From: Deltaproteobacteria bacterium
GTDB lineage: Bacteria > Myxococcota_A > UBA796 > UBA9615
Length of the DNA stretch: 64,000 bases
Assembly (NCBI GenBank): GCA_023954745.1
Contig: JAGSHC010000001.1
Coordinates: 14,356 to 78,355 of the forward strand
Direction of reading: 5' to 3'
Shown: positions 31,187 through 40,750 of the stretch, in pieces
How positions within the stretch are numbered: position 1 is the first letter of the stretch
How the letters are laid out: each line of letters starts with the position of its first letter
Translations under genes and position numbers: made by a program
Notes under the pieces: generated by a model
Seen by the model: the letters and a program-made list of their open reading frames with translations, nothing else
The model's database searches: none
What the model was told of the DNA's origin: nothing

Positions 31187-32827
31187 ATGACCTGGACGCG
31201 ACGACAGATGCTCGAGATGGGCGCCAAGGCTGGACTGCTCGGCGTGGCGCCCGTGGCCGTGGGTTGCCCCACCGAGGCAAACGATGACGACAGCGCGCTC
31301 GACGACGGCTGGCCGGCGCTTGAGCCCTGCGACCCCGAGGTCGTCGACTATGAGTACACCGGTACGCCCGGCCCCGAGGATCTCTTCAGCCACGGCGTGG
31401 CTAGCGGCGACCCTCTCGCAGACTCGTTGATTCTCTGGACGCGCGTCACGCCCGGCTCCGAGGCGGACGTCGAGGTCTATTGGGAGGTCTCGCAGACCTC
31501 GGGCTTCGACACCGTGTACGCGTCGGGCATCACCACCACCAACGCCGACCGCGACTACACGGTCAAGGTCGAGTCCACCTGCCTCGCCCCGGCGACGACC
31601 TACTACTACCGGTTCCAGAGTCTCGGCCGCACGTCGGTCATCGGGCGCACCCGCACCGCGTCGTACGGTCCCACGGCCAGCAAGCGCTTTGCCTTCTGCT
31701 CCTGCTCGTCGATGCCTCATGGCTACTTCCACGCCTACCGCGCCATCGGTGAGCGGGCCGACCTCGAGGCCGTGCTGCACCTGGGCGACTACATCTACGA
31801 GTACGGGAACAACGAGTACGGAGACGTGCGCGACGTGGACCCGCCCTACGAGATCGTGACGTTGTCGGACTATCGCCGTCGCCACGCCTTCTACAAGCTG
31901 GATGAGGACCTGCAGGAGGCCCACCGGCAGCACCCGTGGATCTGCACCTGGGACGACCACGAGACGGCAAACAACAGCTTCTCGGGCGGAGCCCAGAACC
32001 ACAACACGGGTGAGGGCGACTGGGACGACCGCAAGGAGGCGGGCCGGCAGGCCTACTTCGAGTGGCTGCCCATTCGCGAAGGGAACGAAGGACGGCTCTA
32101 CCGTCAGTTCCTCACGGACGACCTGCTCGACATCATCGTCCTCGACACGCGCATCGAAGGGCGTGACGAGGAGGGCAGCACCGTGGACCAGGCCTACGCG
32201 GAGGACCGGCAGCTCCTCGGCGAGGAGCAGGAGAACTGGCTCTTCGAGCGACTCAGCAGCTCACCCTCGCGGTGGAAGCTCCTGGCGCAGCAGGTCGTGA
32301 TGGGGCAGTGGTCCCTGGCCGCCGATGACGAGGGCCGACCTCGACCGCTGAACTACGACGCGTGGGACGGATACCAGGCAGCCCGCCGAAGGCTCCTCGA
32401 GCGGGTGGTGGGTGATGGCGTCGATGGACTGGTGGTGCTGACCGGCGACGTGCACAGCTCGTGGGCCAACGACATCGCCCTCGACTTCCCTTCCTACATC
32501 GGGGCGAGCCAGGAGGGCTCCGTGGCCGTCGAGGCCGTGTGTCCCGGCATCACGTCGCCCGGCGCCGGAGGCTTGTCGGGGGCGCTTCAAGCGCTGAACC
32601 CCCACATCCGCTGGGGCGACTCGGGGCGCCGCGGTTTCGTGCTCGTGGACGCGACCCAGGACGCACTTCAGTGCGACTGGTACCTCATGGACGACGGTTC
32701 CATCGAGCAGAGCGACTTCGTCGAGCCCACGGTGCGCGCCAGCTACCGGGTCATCCCCGGCGACATGCGTTGGGTCGAAGCGTCGGCGCCCATCTCGGGG
32801 TCATCTGGTCCGCCGCTGGCTCCCTGA
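31187..32827 (+). CDS. phoD: PhoD-family alkaline phosphatase/phosphodiesterase (Tat-secreted)
   Basis: An internal ATG gives the Tat signal MTWTRRQMLEMGAKAGLLGVAPVAV. PhoD motifs follow: ...GVASGDPLADSLILWTRV..., ...LHLGDYIYEY... and ...TWDDHETANN.... Confidence 0.85.
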   Translation: MTWTRRQMLEMGAKAGLLGVAPVAVGCPTEANDDDSALDDGWPALEPCDPEVVDYEYTGTPGPEDLFSHGVASGDPLADSLILWTRVTPGSEADVEVYWEVSQTSGFDTVYASGITTTNADRDYTVKVESTCLAPATTYYYRFQSLGRTSVIGRTRTASYGPTASKRFAFCSCSSMPHGYFHAYRAIGERADLEAVLHLGDYIYEYGNNEYGDVRDVDPPYEIVTLSDYRRRHAFYKLDEDLQEAHRQHPWICTWDDHETANNSFSGGAQNHNTGEGDWDDRKEAGRQAYFEWLPIREGNEGRLYRQFLTDDLLDIIVLDTRIEGRDEEGSTVDQAYAEDRQLLGEEQENWLFERLSSSPSRWKLLAQQVVMGQWSLAADDEGRPRPLNYDAWDGYQAARRRLLERVVGDGVDGLVVLTGDVHSSWANDIALDFPSYIGASQEGSVAVEAVCPGITSPGAGGLSGALQALNPHIRWGDSGRRGFVLVDATQDALQCDWYLMDDGSIEQSDFVEPTVRASYRVIPGDMRWVEASAPISGSSGPPLAP

Positions 32828-32831
32828 GTTC

Positions 32832-33773
32832 CTAGGCCCTCTGGCGCTTATAGCGCCGCTTCGCGAGGGCGAAGGAGATGCCCTGGGCGTTCAGGTCGAT
32901 GTCGAGCTCGAGTAGGGCCGTCCCGGGGTGACCGGTCAGGCCGGCGTGCTCGACGTGGTCGCGGAAGACGGCCGCAACGCGCTCCTGGCAGAAGGAGTCG
33001 AGTGCAGGGCCCTGAAGGTCGGCCGCGTCCGCCTCTTCGAGGATGGCGGAGTGCTCGTCGAGCAGTGAGTGCAGCTGCGCTGCGATGGCGTCCAGCTCGC
33101 GCTGCTCGCCGAAGTGGGTGGGGAACGCCCGGCCCATCCCGGTCCCCACGATGCGATCCACCGCTTCGTGGGCGGCGGCGGCATCGAAGTCCGTCGGGCT
33201 GGTGGAGGGGAAGGCGAACACGCCGTGGGACTGGAGGCGCGGGTACTGGATCCCGAAGGCGTCTCCAGTGAACACCGCGTCTGCGTTGGGGGCGACCACC
33301 ACGAAGTGGTGATTGGCGTGGCCCCGCGTGTGCAGGAAGCGCAGGACTCCGCGGCCGAATGGGACCTCGGCTTCGTCCTCGAGGGCCCGGACCCGCGGGG
33401 CAGCGATGGGGGTGACCTCGCCATAGAGCTCCGCAAAGCGCTGGTCCCCGTAGACCGTCGTCGCGCCCGCCACGATGCGGCTGGGGTCGACGGCGTGGGG
33501 GGCAGCCTTGGGGTGGGCCAGCAGCGTCGCGTTGGGGCACGCGGCCATCAGGGCCCCGGCGCCGCCTGCGTGATCGAGGTGGATGTGCGTGATGACCACG
33601 TAGCGAACCTGCTCGCGGGTCAGACCTGCGTCGGCGAGCGCTCCGAGGAGGTGCGGCAGCGACCGGGAGGTGCAGGTTTCGACGAACGCGGCCTCGTCTC
33701 CGTCAACGAGGAGGTAGGCGGCGGCGACCTTGGGGAGGTCGGCGTAGTGGCAGTCGATGGTGTGCACGTCCAT
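32832..33773 (-). CDS. MBL-fold metallo-hydrolase
   Basis: 313 aa with the metal-binding motif ITHIHLDHAGG plus downstream His/Asp ligands. Confidence 0.85.
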   Translation of the reverse strand: MDVHTIDCHYADLPKVAAAYLLVDGDEAAFVETCTSRSLPHLLGALADAGLTREQVRYVVITHIHLDHAGGAGALMAACPNATLLAHPKAAPHAVDPSRIVAGATTVYGDQRFAELYGEVTPIAAPRVRALEDEAEVPFGRGVLRFLHTRGHANHHFVVVAPNADAVFTGDAFGIQYPRLQSHGVFAFPSTSPTDFDAAAAHEAVDRIVGTGMGRAFPTHFGEQRELDAIAAQLHSLLDEHSAILEEADAADLQGPALDSFCQERVAAVFRDHVEHAGLTGHPGTALLELDIDLNAQGISFALAKRRYKRQRA

Positions 33774-33815
33774 CGGTTCGATGTAGCACGCTCCTGGCCG
33801 TCCTCGTCGTGGGTC

Positions 33816-34157
33816 TCAGTCGTCGCCCTTGGAGTCGTCGTCACCCGAGTCGTCATCGTCACCCGAGTCGTCGTCGTCACCCGTCGCGTCATCGTCGTCG
33901 TCGTCGCCCTTGGAGTCGTCGTCGTCGCCCGTCGCGTCGTCGTCATCGTCGCCCGTCGCGTCGTCGTCATCAGTGATCGGGTCGTCGTCTTCGGCCCCCA
34001 CGATGGCGTCCGCCGAGTCGTCGTCGTCCCGTCCCCCAGAGGGGTTTGAGCCCGGAGGTCCAGCGGGGAATGGGTAGCCCGAACCACCGCAGGCCGCGAC
34101 GAAGAGAACAAGGATGAGAAGAACGAAGAACGAGCGCATGGAGGCATGCTGGCACAC
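33816..34157 (-). CDS. Small lipoprotein with a ~70-aa poly-aspartate repeat tail (DDDDATGDDDD-type repeats)
   Basis: Signal peptide/lipobox MRSFFVLLILVLFVAAC (ATG at 34139, or 34157). The mature part is almost entirely D4-5 blocks separated by ATG/SG/SKG, encoded by (GTC)n/(GAC)n trinucleotide runs. It is divergent from the STAND regulator with 23-41 bp between start codons. Confidence 0.6.
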   Translation of the reverse strand: MCQHASMRSFFVLLILVLFVAACGGSGYPFPAGPPGSNPSGGRDDDDSADAIVGAEDDDPITDDDDATGDDDDDATGDDDDSKGDDDDDDATGDDDDSGDDDDSGDDDSKGDD

Positions 34158-34180
34158 AGCATCTTGCTACTTTGTAACAG

Positions 34181-37021
34181 ATGCCCGAACTCATCCTGGG
34201 AGACACGAAGATCGACCTCTCCAACGGTCTCGTGACCGGCCCGGGGGGGGAGTTCACCCTCACTCCCCGAGAGCACACCCTCATCGAGATCCTCGCCTTG
34301 GTGCCAGGCCAGGTGGTGTCCCGCCAGCAGCTTGCTGGGGAGGGGCCAACCCGCGCCGCGGACATGGCGTTGAGCCGGCTTCGTCGTCGGCTCGGCGAGG
34401 CGGGTCGCCACATCGCGACCGTCCGAGGAGTTGGCTATCGACTCGAGCTGGGTGGTGAGGCGGTCCTGGACCTCGGGTGGGGACGGCTGGACCTGCCGGG
34501 TCGCACGGTGCGCGTCGGCGAGAGCCGGACGCGGCTCTCACCTCAAAGCGCTCGTCTGTTGGACCTGCTTGCTCAGACGCCGGGGCGCCCCGTTCCTCGG
34601 ACCACCCTGGCTCGGGAGTTGTGGGGCAGCGCCTCGGAGCAAGCGCGGTTGGACGTCGCCGTGCATCGACTGCGGCAGGGCCTCGAGCTCGACCCGGCGC
34701 AGCCTCGGTTCGTGGTGTCGGTCCCCGAGAGAGGTCTGGTCCTCCTGGATGCGCGGCTCGCCCGACAGAGCCACGTCCGCCCGCGCGCTGCTGCCTTGCT
34801 GGGGCGGGACCAGCTCCTTCGTCGGATCCTCCAGGTGCTGGAGAGCTCCCACGCGCGGCTGATGCTTCAGGGTCCACCGGGAATCGGGAAGTCCGCGTTG
34901 GCGACGGCCGTCGCTGCGCGTTGGCTGCTCCACGCGGGTCGGAGTCATCACGCCATCGACCTGCACGGAAGCGGCTCGGTCACCGAGGCGGAAGCGCGGC
35001 TGGCCGCATCCCTGGGCATGGAGGACGTAGGAGATGACGAGGCGCTCTCCAGGTCCCTGGCAGCTCGGGGCGCGCTTCTCCTCGTCTTCGATGGGGACCC
35101 GCCGGCAGAGTTCGCCGCCCGCCTCGCACGGATCGCCGACCTCACGAAGTCACTGCGCCTCCTGGTGGCCGGACGGCGCACGCTCCCCAGCTACGACACC
35201 CTCGTTGTCGACGGGCTCTCCATCGAAGCGGCGACGACGCTCCTCGAGCGGAGGGCCGGCCGCTCTCTGGTGGGAGTCGACGCGCGACTGGTGGGGCGTC
35301 TCCAGGGCAATCCCCTGGCCATCGAGCTGGTGGGGAGTCGACTTCGGGGCGGCTCTGACGCTCGCCTCGCTCGAGATCTCGACCTGCCACTCATTCCATT
35401 GCGCCGTGCCTGGAGGACCGCGCTCGAGCCTCTCTCGGACGAAGTGCGCCGAGTTGCAGCCCACGCCAGTCGGTTCCACCGACCGTTCAGTGTCGAAGAC
35501 CTTGCGGCGGTCGTGGATCTGTCGCTCGAGGAGGCAGGGCGGCATGCGGGGCACCTCGTGGCCGAGTCGGTGTTCCGGGTCGTGCCAGGGGGCACGCTCG
35601 CCGTTCCTCACGCCGCACGCGAGTTCCTCGCCGGTGAGGCGCGTTGGTTGCCGCGGGCGAGGTACCAGGTCCGCTGTCTCGATGTGCTCGCGCAGCTCGT
35701 CGCGGATGTGCCGAGGCTCGGTGGCGCGGCGATGAGGACCCTCGAGCAGCGATGGCCGGACCTGCGCCGGGGCCTCGACGCCGCGACGGCAGCCAAGGGG
35801 ATGCCGCTCCTGGCGAGCTTGGCCCGGGAGACGGCGGAGCGGATCCCACGGGCCCGCGCCGACGGGTTCGCGGAGCAGCTCCTCTCTGGCGCGGAGGACT
35901 CGTCCCTCTCGGGTCTCACCCGGGCGAGCTGCTTGAGGGGAGTCCACGCGATGCGTTGGTCGCGTCAGAGCCGAGCTGAGCGGGAGCAGCTCCTGCGCAC
36001 AGCGCTCGAGTTGGCCAACCACGATGGGACTGTCGCTGCAGGAGTGGCCGCGGAGTTGGCGAGCATCGTGGCGTTCTCGTGGGGGCTGGACGAGGCGCGG
36101 CGTCTCCTGGATGACCATCCGCTCCCCAGCGACGCCCCCGCTGCCGACCGCGTCGCGCGCTACCGCCACGAGGGCCGGCTCGGGGTCTACGCCGGCAAGC
36201 CCGGTCAGGGGTTGGCCCGACTGCGCGAGGCCGTGCAGCTCGCCTCCGATGAGGAGCTTCCCCTGCTCGAAGCCCGATGCCGGATGGCTCTCGGTCAGGC
36301 GCTGAGCGTGGGAACCCTCGGGCGAGAGGCAGAACACCATCTGCACCGCGCGATGGCGCTGACCCACGACCATGAGCTGCCTGAGCAGCATGTGAGGGCG
36401 ACGCTCCGCCTCGCCCAGCATCTCCTCCGCCTGGGCTTGCGCTCAGACTCCCAGGAGCTGCTGGACTCGGCCCTCGACTCGGCGGTGCGGGCGGGTCTCC
36501 TCCGGCTCGAAGAGCAATGCGCCTCCACGCTCGGCTTCCTGCGCATCGGGACCGAGGACTTCACCGCTGCGCTGGCGAACCTCGACCGCGCAATCACCCT
36601 CAGCGAACGCCACGGCGGGCAGCGGGCGTTGTACGTGGCCCTCGCAAATCGGGGGCTCGCCCTCGCGCTCTCCGGCCGCCCCGGGCAGGCGCGGCAGGAC
36701 CTCGACGCCGCCCTCGGCAGTGCCCGAGGAGGGGGTGGCTGGTATCGCGTCCTGGGGCTGTCGTACCGCGCGGTCGCCGAGCTTCTCGATGGGGATGGCG
36801 CCGCCGCGATCAGCACGGTCGCTGAAGCTCGCGAGACCCTGGTGGAGCAAGAGCACAGCTCGGCCGCATCGCTGGACGAAGCCCTCGGCGTTCTCGACGG
36901 TCTCGCTCGATCCCGTCTCTCTCCCGACCATGTCCAGGCCTGGTGCGGAGCGTGGGGAGGGGGAGCGGAGGTGGAGGGCGTCGTCGCTGGCCTGAGGAGG
37001 GCTGTTACAAACGGAAAGTAG
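34181..37021 (+). CDS. Large STAND-class transcriptional regulator: two tandem OmpR/PhoB-type winged-helix DNA-binding domains + NB-ARC/AAA+ ATPase + C-terminal TPR-like region (AfsR/SARP-like architecture)
   Basis: 946 aa. wHTH 1 is ...LTPREHTLIEILALVPGQVVSRQQL...VRGVGYRLEL; wHTH 2 is ...RLSPQSARLLDLLAQTPGRPVPRTTLARELW...AVHRLRQGLE. The P-loop is LLGRDQLLRRILQVLESSHARLMLQGPPGIGKSALATAVAA, followed by a long helical, Ala/Leu/Arg-rich repeat region. Confidence 0.8.
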   Translation: MPELILGDTKIDLSNGLVTGPGGEFTLTPREHTLIEILALVPGQVVSRQQLAGEGPTRAADMALSRLRRRLGEAGRHIATVRGVGYRLELGGEAVLDLGWGRLDLPGRTVRVGESRTRLSPQSARLLDLLAQTPGRPVPRTTLARELWGSASEQARLDVAVHRLRQGLELDPAQPRFVVSVPERGLVLLDARLARQSHVRPRAAALLGRDQLLRRILQVLESSHARLMLQGPPGIGKSALATAVAARWLLHAGRSHHAIDLHGSGSVTEAEARLAASLGMEDVGDDEALSRSLAARGALLLVFDGDPPAEFAARLARIADLTKSLRLLVAGRRTLPSYDTLVVDGLSIEAATTLLERRAGRSLVGVDARLVGRLQGNPLAIELVGSRLRGGSDARLARDLDLPLIPLRRAWRTALEPLSDEVRRVAAHASRFHRPFSVEDLAAVVDLSLEEAGRHAGHLVAESVFRVVPGGTLAVPHAAREFLAGEARWLPRARYQVRCLDVLAQLVADVPRLGGAAMRTLEQRWPDLRRGLDAATAAKGMPLLASLARETAERIPRARADGFAEQLLSGAEDSSLSGLTRASCLRGVHAMRWSRQSRAEREQLLRTALELANHDGTVAAGVAAELASIVAFSWGLDEARRLLDDHPLPSDAPAADRVARYRHEGRLGVYAGKPGQGLARLREAVQLASDEELPLLEARCRMALGQALSVGTLGREAEHHLHRAMALTHDHELPEQHVRATLRLAQHLLRLGLRSDSQELLDSALDSAVRAGLLRLEEQCASTLGFLRIGTEDFTAALANLDRAITLSERHGGQRALYVALANRGLALALSGRPGQARQDLDAALGSARGGGGWYRVLGLSYRAVAELLDGDGAAAISTVAEARETLVEQEHSSAASLDEALGVLDGLARSRLSPDHVQAWCGAWGGGAEVEGVVAGLRRAVTNGK

Positions 37022-37056
37022 TGGAATCTAGGCTGGTCTCCACCAAGGAGGTACCC

Positions 37057-38652
37057 ATGCTTCGAGTCCATCACATTCCGCTGGCGCTACTGGTTCTGGG
37101 TCTCGGCTGCGTGCCCGAGCCCGCCGAGGTTCCGGAGCCCTACGACGACGGCGAACCCGACGACAGCTACACCGACGACGACGACGCGACTGACTACCCG
37201 ACCGACGACGACGACGCCACCAGCGACGACGACGACATGGCGGGCGACGACGACGACGACGCCACCAGCGACGACGACGACCTGGCGGGAGACGACGACG
37301 ACGACGTCGAGCCGCCACCGGAGGACGGCGACGGCGATGCCTGCCTGGACGCGTTCGAGGCGACGACGACGGCGTTCGTCTCGGCGGACGACAGCAACTC
37401 CCAGGCAGACCCCGTGCACAACCAGGGCCTCGTGTCCGGTGGCGTGCGGCCCTCGTCTGCCAAGGCCTGGGAGTACCTCAACTACGCCGAGTTCGACTTC
37501 GCTCCCGCGTCGGCGGGGAGCATTCGTATTGAGCCCCAGCTCCTGGAGCATCCCTCCGAGCCGGGTCGCTATGACCTGATGGTCGCGGTGGTGGCGCCGG
37601 ACCTCGACCCGACGGCTCGCGAGCCAATGAATCTCGTGTTCGCCGTGGACACGTCCTGCTCCATGAGCGGCTCGAGTCTCGCTGCAGCGAAGCAGACACT
37701 CGAGGCCATTGCTGGAAGCCTCGAAGGCGACGACGTCGTCTCCATCGTGCAATGGAGCTACAGCACGGGCCTGGTCCTCGACTCCCATCCTGTCACGGGG
37801 CCCGACGACATCACGCTCCTCAACGCCATCGACGGGCTCAGCACCGGCGGCGGGACGAACCTCAACGGTGGCCTCATGGCCGGGTTTGAGCTCGCTCAGG
37901 ACAACTACCTGCCGTCCCGGACGAACCGGGTGGTGCTGATCTCCGACGGCGGAGCGAACGCAGGCGTCACGAGCATCGACCTCATCGCCCAGAACGCCGC
38001 CTACGGGACGGACGAGGGGATCTTCCTCGCTGGGATCGGGGTTCCGCCGGCCAACGGCTACAACGACACCCTGATGGACGACGTCACCGACGCGGGGAAG
38101 GGCTCGTACTTCTACGTCGACTCGGAGGGCGAAGCGGAGGCCCAGTTCTCCCCCGAGGGGCTGCTGCGCGCCTTCGAGGTGGCTGCCCTCGACGTGCAGC
38201 TGGCGATCACGCTCCCTCCGGGCTTCGTCATCGACGAGTTCTCAGGGGAAGAGATTGGCTGGACGCCGAGCGCGGTGGAGCCGCAGAACCTCTCGCCCAA
38301 CGACCAGATGCTCTACGAGATGGATGTGGTGGACTGCTCCGCAGACGCGGACTCCCTCGCTCACGAGTTCGTCTTCACCGTGGAGTGGATTGAGCCGGAG
38401 ACGGGCATCGCCCGCGTCGACTCCGTCACGACCAGCCTGGGCCAGTTGATGGCCGAGCCGGGACGCGAGCTCGCAAAGGCGCGGGCTCTGGTGAGTCTCG
38501 CCGAGGTGGCCAACGCTCCATGGGGCGACCAGGGCGGCGAGCTCGACAGCGCGATCAGCGAGCTCCAGACCGCGTCATCGGCGCTGCCGGCAGACCCCGA
38601 CCTGGGCTGGTTCATCGACCACGCCCAGGACTGGCGAGCGCTGATTCCCTGA
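37057..38652 (+). CDS. Lipoprotein with N-terminal poly-aspartate repeat linker and a von Willebrand factor A (vWA) domain
   Basis: The ATG at 37057 is preceded by AAGGAGG. The signal/lipobox is MLRVHHIPLALLVLGLGC. Poly-Asp repeats follow (DDDDATDYPTDDDDATSDDDDMAGDDDDDATSDDDDLAGDDDDD), then a vWA MIDAS region (LVFAVDTSCSMSG...T...LISDGGANAG). Confidence 0.8.
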   Translation: MLRVHHIPLALLVLGLGCVPEPAEVPEPYDDGEPDDSYTDDDDATDYPTDDDDATSDDDDMAGDDDDDATSDDDDLAGDDDDDVEPPPEDGDGDACLDAFEATTTAFVSADDSNSQADPVHNQGLVSGGVRPSSAKAWEYLNYAEFDFAPASAGSIRIEPQLLEHPSEPGRYDLMVAVVAPDLDPTAREPMNLVFAVDTSCSMSGSSLAAAKQTLEAIAGSLEGDDVVSIVQWSYSTGLVLDSHPVTGPDDITLLNAIDGLSTGGGTNLNGGLMAGFELAQDNYLPSRTNRVVLISDGGANAGVTSIDLIAQNAAYGTDEGIFLAGIGVPPANGYNDTLMDDVTDAGKGSYFYVDSEGEAEAQFSPEGLLRAFEVAALDVQLAITLPPGFVIDEFSGEEIGWTPSAVEPQNLSPNDQMLYEMDVVDCSADADSLAHEFVFTVEWIEPETGIARVDSVTTSLGQLMAEPGRELAKARALVSLAEVANAPWGDQGGELDSAISELQTASSALPADPDLGWFIDHAQDWRALIP

Positions 38653-38714
38653 TTCCCGCGGCGCCCACGTTCGCCAGTCACGCCCATTGGGCGCGTCAGC
38701 GGGTCTCTCGTGCT

Positions 38715-39575
38715 CTACCGGGCGGCGATCTCCGGGTTCAACGCGTTGTCGAACGCCGCCTCACCACCGGGTCCCTGGCTCTCGCCGAGATCGCCATCTT
38801 CGCGCCGAATCTCTCGGAGGCGTTCCGCGGCCGTCGGTACGTCGATGCCGTGCTCTTCAATGGCCTTGAGGATCACGTCCTGCATCACCGGGTACTTCTC
38901 GGCGCAGTACTGCTCGCTATCCAGCTCGCGGGTCTTGCCGACCAGCTTTCCGTAGAACAGGCGCCCGTACACGTCTGCGGGAACCCCGAAGACGCAGGTG
39001 GCCTGGGTGTCGAACAAGATGAACTGGCGCTTGAGCTTCTTCTTCCCCGTGATGCCCAGCTCGTCGAGGCGCTGGTCGGACTCGCTCTCCTCGTAGATGG
39101 GAGAGAAGTGCCGGATGCCGTACTCCTGGCTGTAGAACCGGCGGTTGCGCCGAATCACCGACTCCATCTGCTCGGGGATGGTCGACTGGGCGCGAATGGA
39201 CCCGTCCGCCAGGTAGGGGACCTCGTTCTGGAGGCACCAGTAGATGGCGAAGGCGTGCATCGACAGTCGGCACCCGAGGCACACGAGCGAGCTCATGTTG
39301 AAGCCGTACTCGCGCAGGTCCGCCCCCACATCCACTCCCAGGATGTCCTTGATGAAGTGGCGGATGTCGATGATTCGGTGCTCGACGCGGTCGGCGCCGA
39401 ACCGCTCCTGCAGGGCCTCGGCGTGGACCTTGGTGTTGTCGAGGAACAGCAGGTAGCCGGGGTCGAAGGTGAGCAGCGTGACCTTGTCGCACTCGTCCAG
39501 CATCTGAGCGGCGGCGAGGGTCGAGTCGGTGCCTCCCGAAAAGAGGACGGCCGCATGGGCCTTTCGTTTCGTCAC
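38715..39575 (-). CDS. PP-loop superfamily ATP pyrophosphatase (adenine nucleotide alpha-hydrolase fold)
   Basis: A GTG start (codon 208 of track ORF 38715..40196) overlaps the upstream stop (GTGA). The PP-loop is AVLFSGGTDSTLAA and there are Cys motifs CLGC and, later, C...C. The upstream 207 codons of the track ORF are an Arg/Pro-rich antisense overlap with the DegT gene and are not considered coding. Confidence 0.6.
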   Translation of the reverse strand: MTKRKAHAAVLFSGGTDSTLAAAQMLDECDKVTLLTFDPGYLLFLDNTKVHAEALQERFGADRVEHRIIDIRHFIKDILGVDVGADLREYGFNMSSLVCLGCRLSMHAFAIYWCLQNEVPYLADGSIRAQSTIPEQMESVIRRNRRFYSQEYGIRHFSPIYEESESDQRLDELGITGKKKLKRQFILFDTQATCVFGVPADVYGRLFYGKLVGKTRELDSEQYCAEKYPVMQDVILKAIEEHGIDVPTAAERLREIRREDGDLGESQGPGGEAAFDNALNPEIAAR

Positions 39576-40750
39576 GTGACGGCTCCGGTGGAGGTCGAGC
39601 GAGTAATCCCAGGCGGTCGCAGGCTCAGCGATCGCTCGAGGGCAGAGACGGTGCGGTCCACTTCGTCGTAGGTCATCCCCGGGAAGCAGGGCAGCGACAA
39701 CACGTGGTTGCTCAGGTGCTCCGCGACCGGAAGGGCGCGCTCGGTGGGATATGGGGCCATCTGGTGGCAGGGCACGGGGTAGTGGAGTCCGACGCCGACC
39801 TGGTGCTCGTCGATCATCTGGTTGAAGACCCGGTCTCGCACCGAGGCGTCGGTGCCCAAGGTCAGCTCCACCACGAAGAGGTGGTAGACGTGCCGCGGGT
39901 CGTCGGCGGGCAGCTTCATGACGTGGCTGTGTGCGCTGAGGCGCTCGCGGTAGGCGTCCGCGATGGCGCGCCGCTGCTGGGTCCACTGCCGCAGGTGCTT
40001 CAGCTTCACGCGCAGACAGGCCGCCTGAATGTCGTCGAAGCGGGAGTTCACCCCGACCTCGCTCACGCGGTGTTTGCCGGCGCGGCCATGGTTCCGCAGG
40101 GAGCGGATGCGGTTGGCGTGTCGCTTCGTCTTGCTGATGACGAACCCGCCATCCCCGAGGGCCCCGAGGTTCTTCCCGGGGTAGAAGCTGTAGCAAGTGA
40201 GGTCGGTGTCCTGGGACACGTCGGGCGACGCGTGGCTCTGGGCCGCGTCGCCGATGAGCCAGATGTCGTTTCGCTCGGCGGATTCGAGGACTTCGCGGAT
40301 CCCCGCGCAGTCGGCTCGCCGGCCGTACAGATGGATCGGGATGACGGCCTTGATGGCGTCGGCCCCGGGCTCGTCGAGGATGCGCGCGAGATCTGCAGGG
40401 TCCAGGGAGCGCGTCGCTGGGTGCGCGTCACAGAAGACCACCCGCGCTCCGGTGCGCGCGATGGACTCGGGTGTGGCCACGAACGAGTTGGACACGGTGA
40501 CGACCGCGTCGCCAGGGCCGACGTCCAGCGCTCGCAGAGCGAGGTAGAGGGCGTCGGAGCCCGAGCCGCAGCACACACCGGTGCCCCCGCCTTCGTGGCG
40601 GGCGAACTCCGCTTCGAACGCCTCGGTCTCGGGGCCCAGGAGGTAGCGGCTGGAAGCGACCACGCGGGCGAAGGCCTCTCCGAGGTCCTTCGCGATGGGG
40701 TCGTGCATCCGCCGGAGGTCGACCAGCGGGAGAAAGTCGGGACGCGTCAT
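39572..40750 (-). CDS. DegT/DnrJ/EryC1/StrS-family PLP-dependent sugar aminotransferase
   Basis: 392 aa with ...VVASSRYLLGPETEAFEAEFARH..., ...CGSGSDALYLALRAL... and the PLP-Lys region ...FYPGKNLGALGDGG.... Confidence 0.9.
   Translation of the reverse strand: MTRPDFLPLVDLRRMHDPIAKDLGEAFARVVASSRYLLGPETEAFEAEFARHEGGGTGVCCGSGSDALYLALRALDVGPGDAVVTVSNSFVATPESIARTGARVVFCDAHPATRSLDPADLARILDEPGADAIKAVIPIHLYGRRADCAGIREVLESAERNDIWLIGDAAQSHASPDVSQDTDLTCYSFYPGKNLGALGDGGFVISKTKRHANRIRSLRNHGRAGKHRVSEVGVNSRFDDIQAACLRVKLKHLRQWTQQRRAIADAYRERLSAHSHVMKLPADDPRHVYHLFVVELTLGTDASVRDRVFNQMIDEHQVGVGLHYPVPCHQMAPYPTERALPVAEHLSNHVLSLPCFPGMTYDEVDRTVSALERSLSLRPPGITRSTSTGAVT

Noticed and set aside
34140-34180. Sigma-54 promoter (TGGCAC…TTGC) in the divergent spacer between the poly-Asp lipoprotein and the STAND regulator
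   Set aside because: TGGCAC and TTGC are present (TGGCACACAGCATCTTGCT) but are separated by 8 nt instead of the required 5. This is not a credible -24/-12 element.
38715-40196. Full 493-aa track ORF, taken as a single long protein
   Set aside because: The N-terminal 207 codons overlap the DegT aminotransferase gene out of frame and are Arg/Pro-rich with no homology. The real gene is taken to start at the GTG overlapping the DegT stop (39575), just upstream of the SGGTDS PP-loop.
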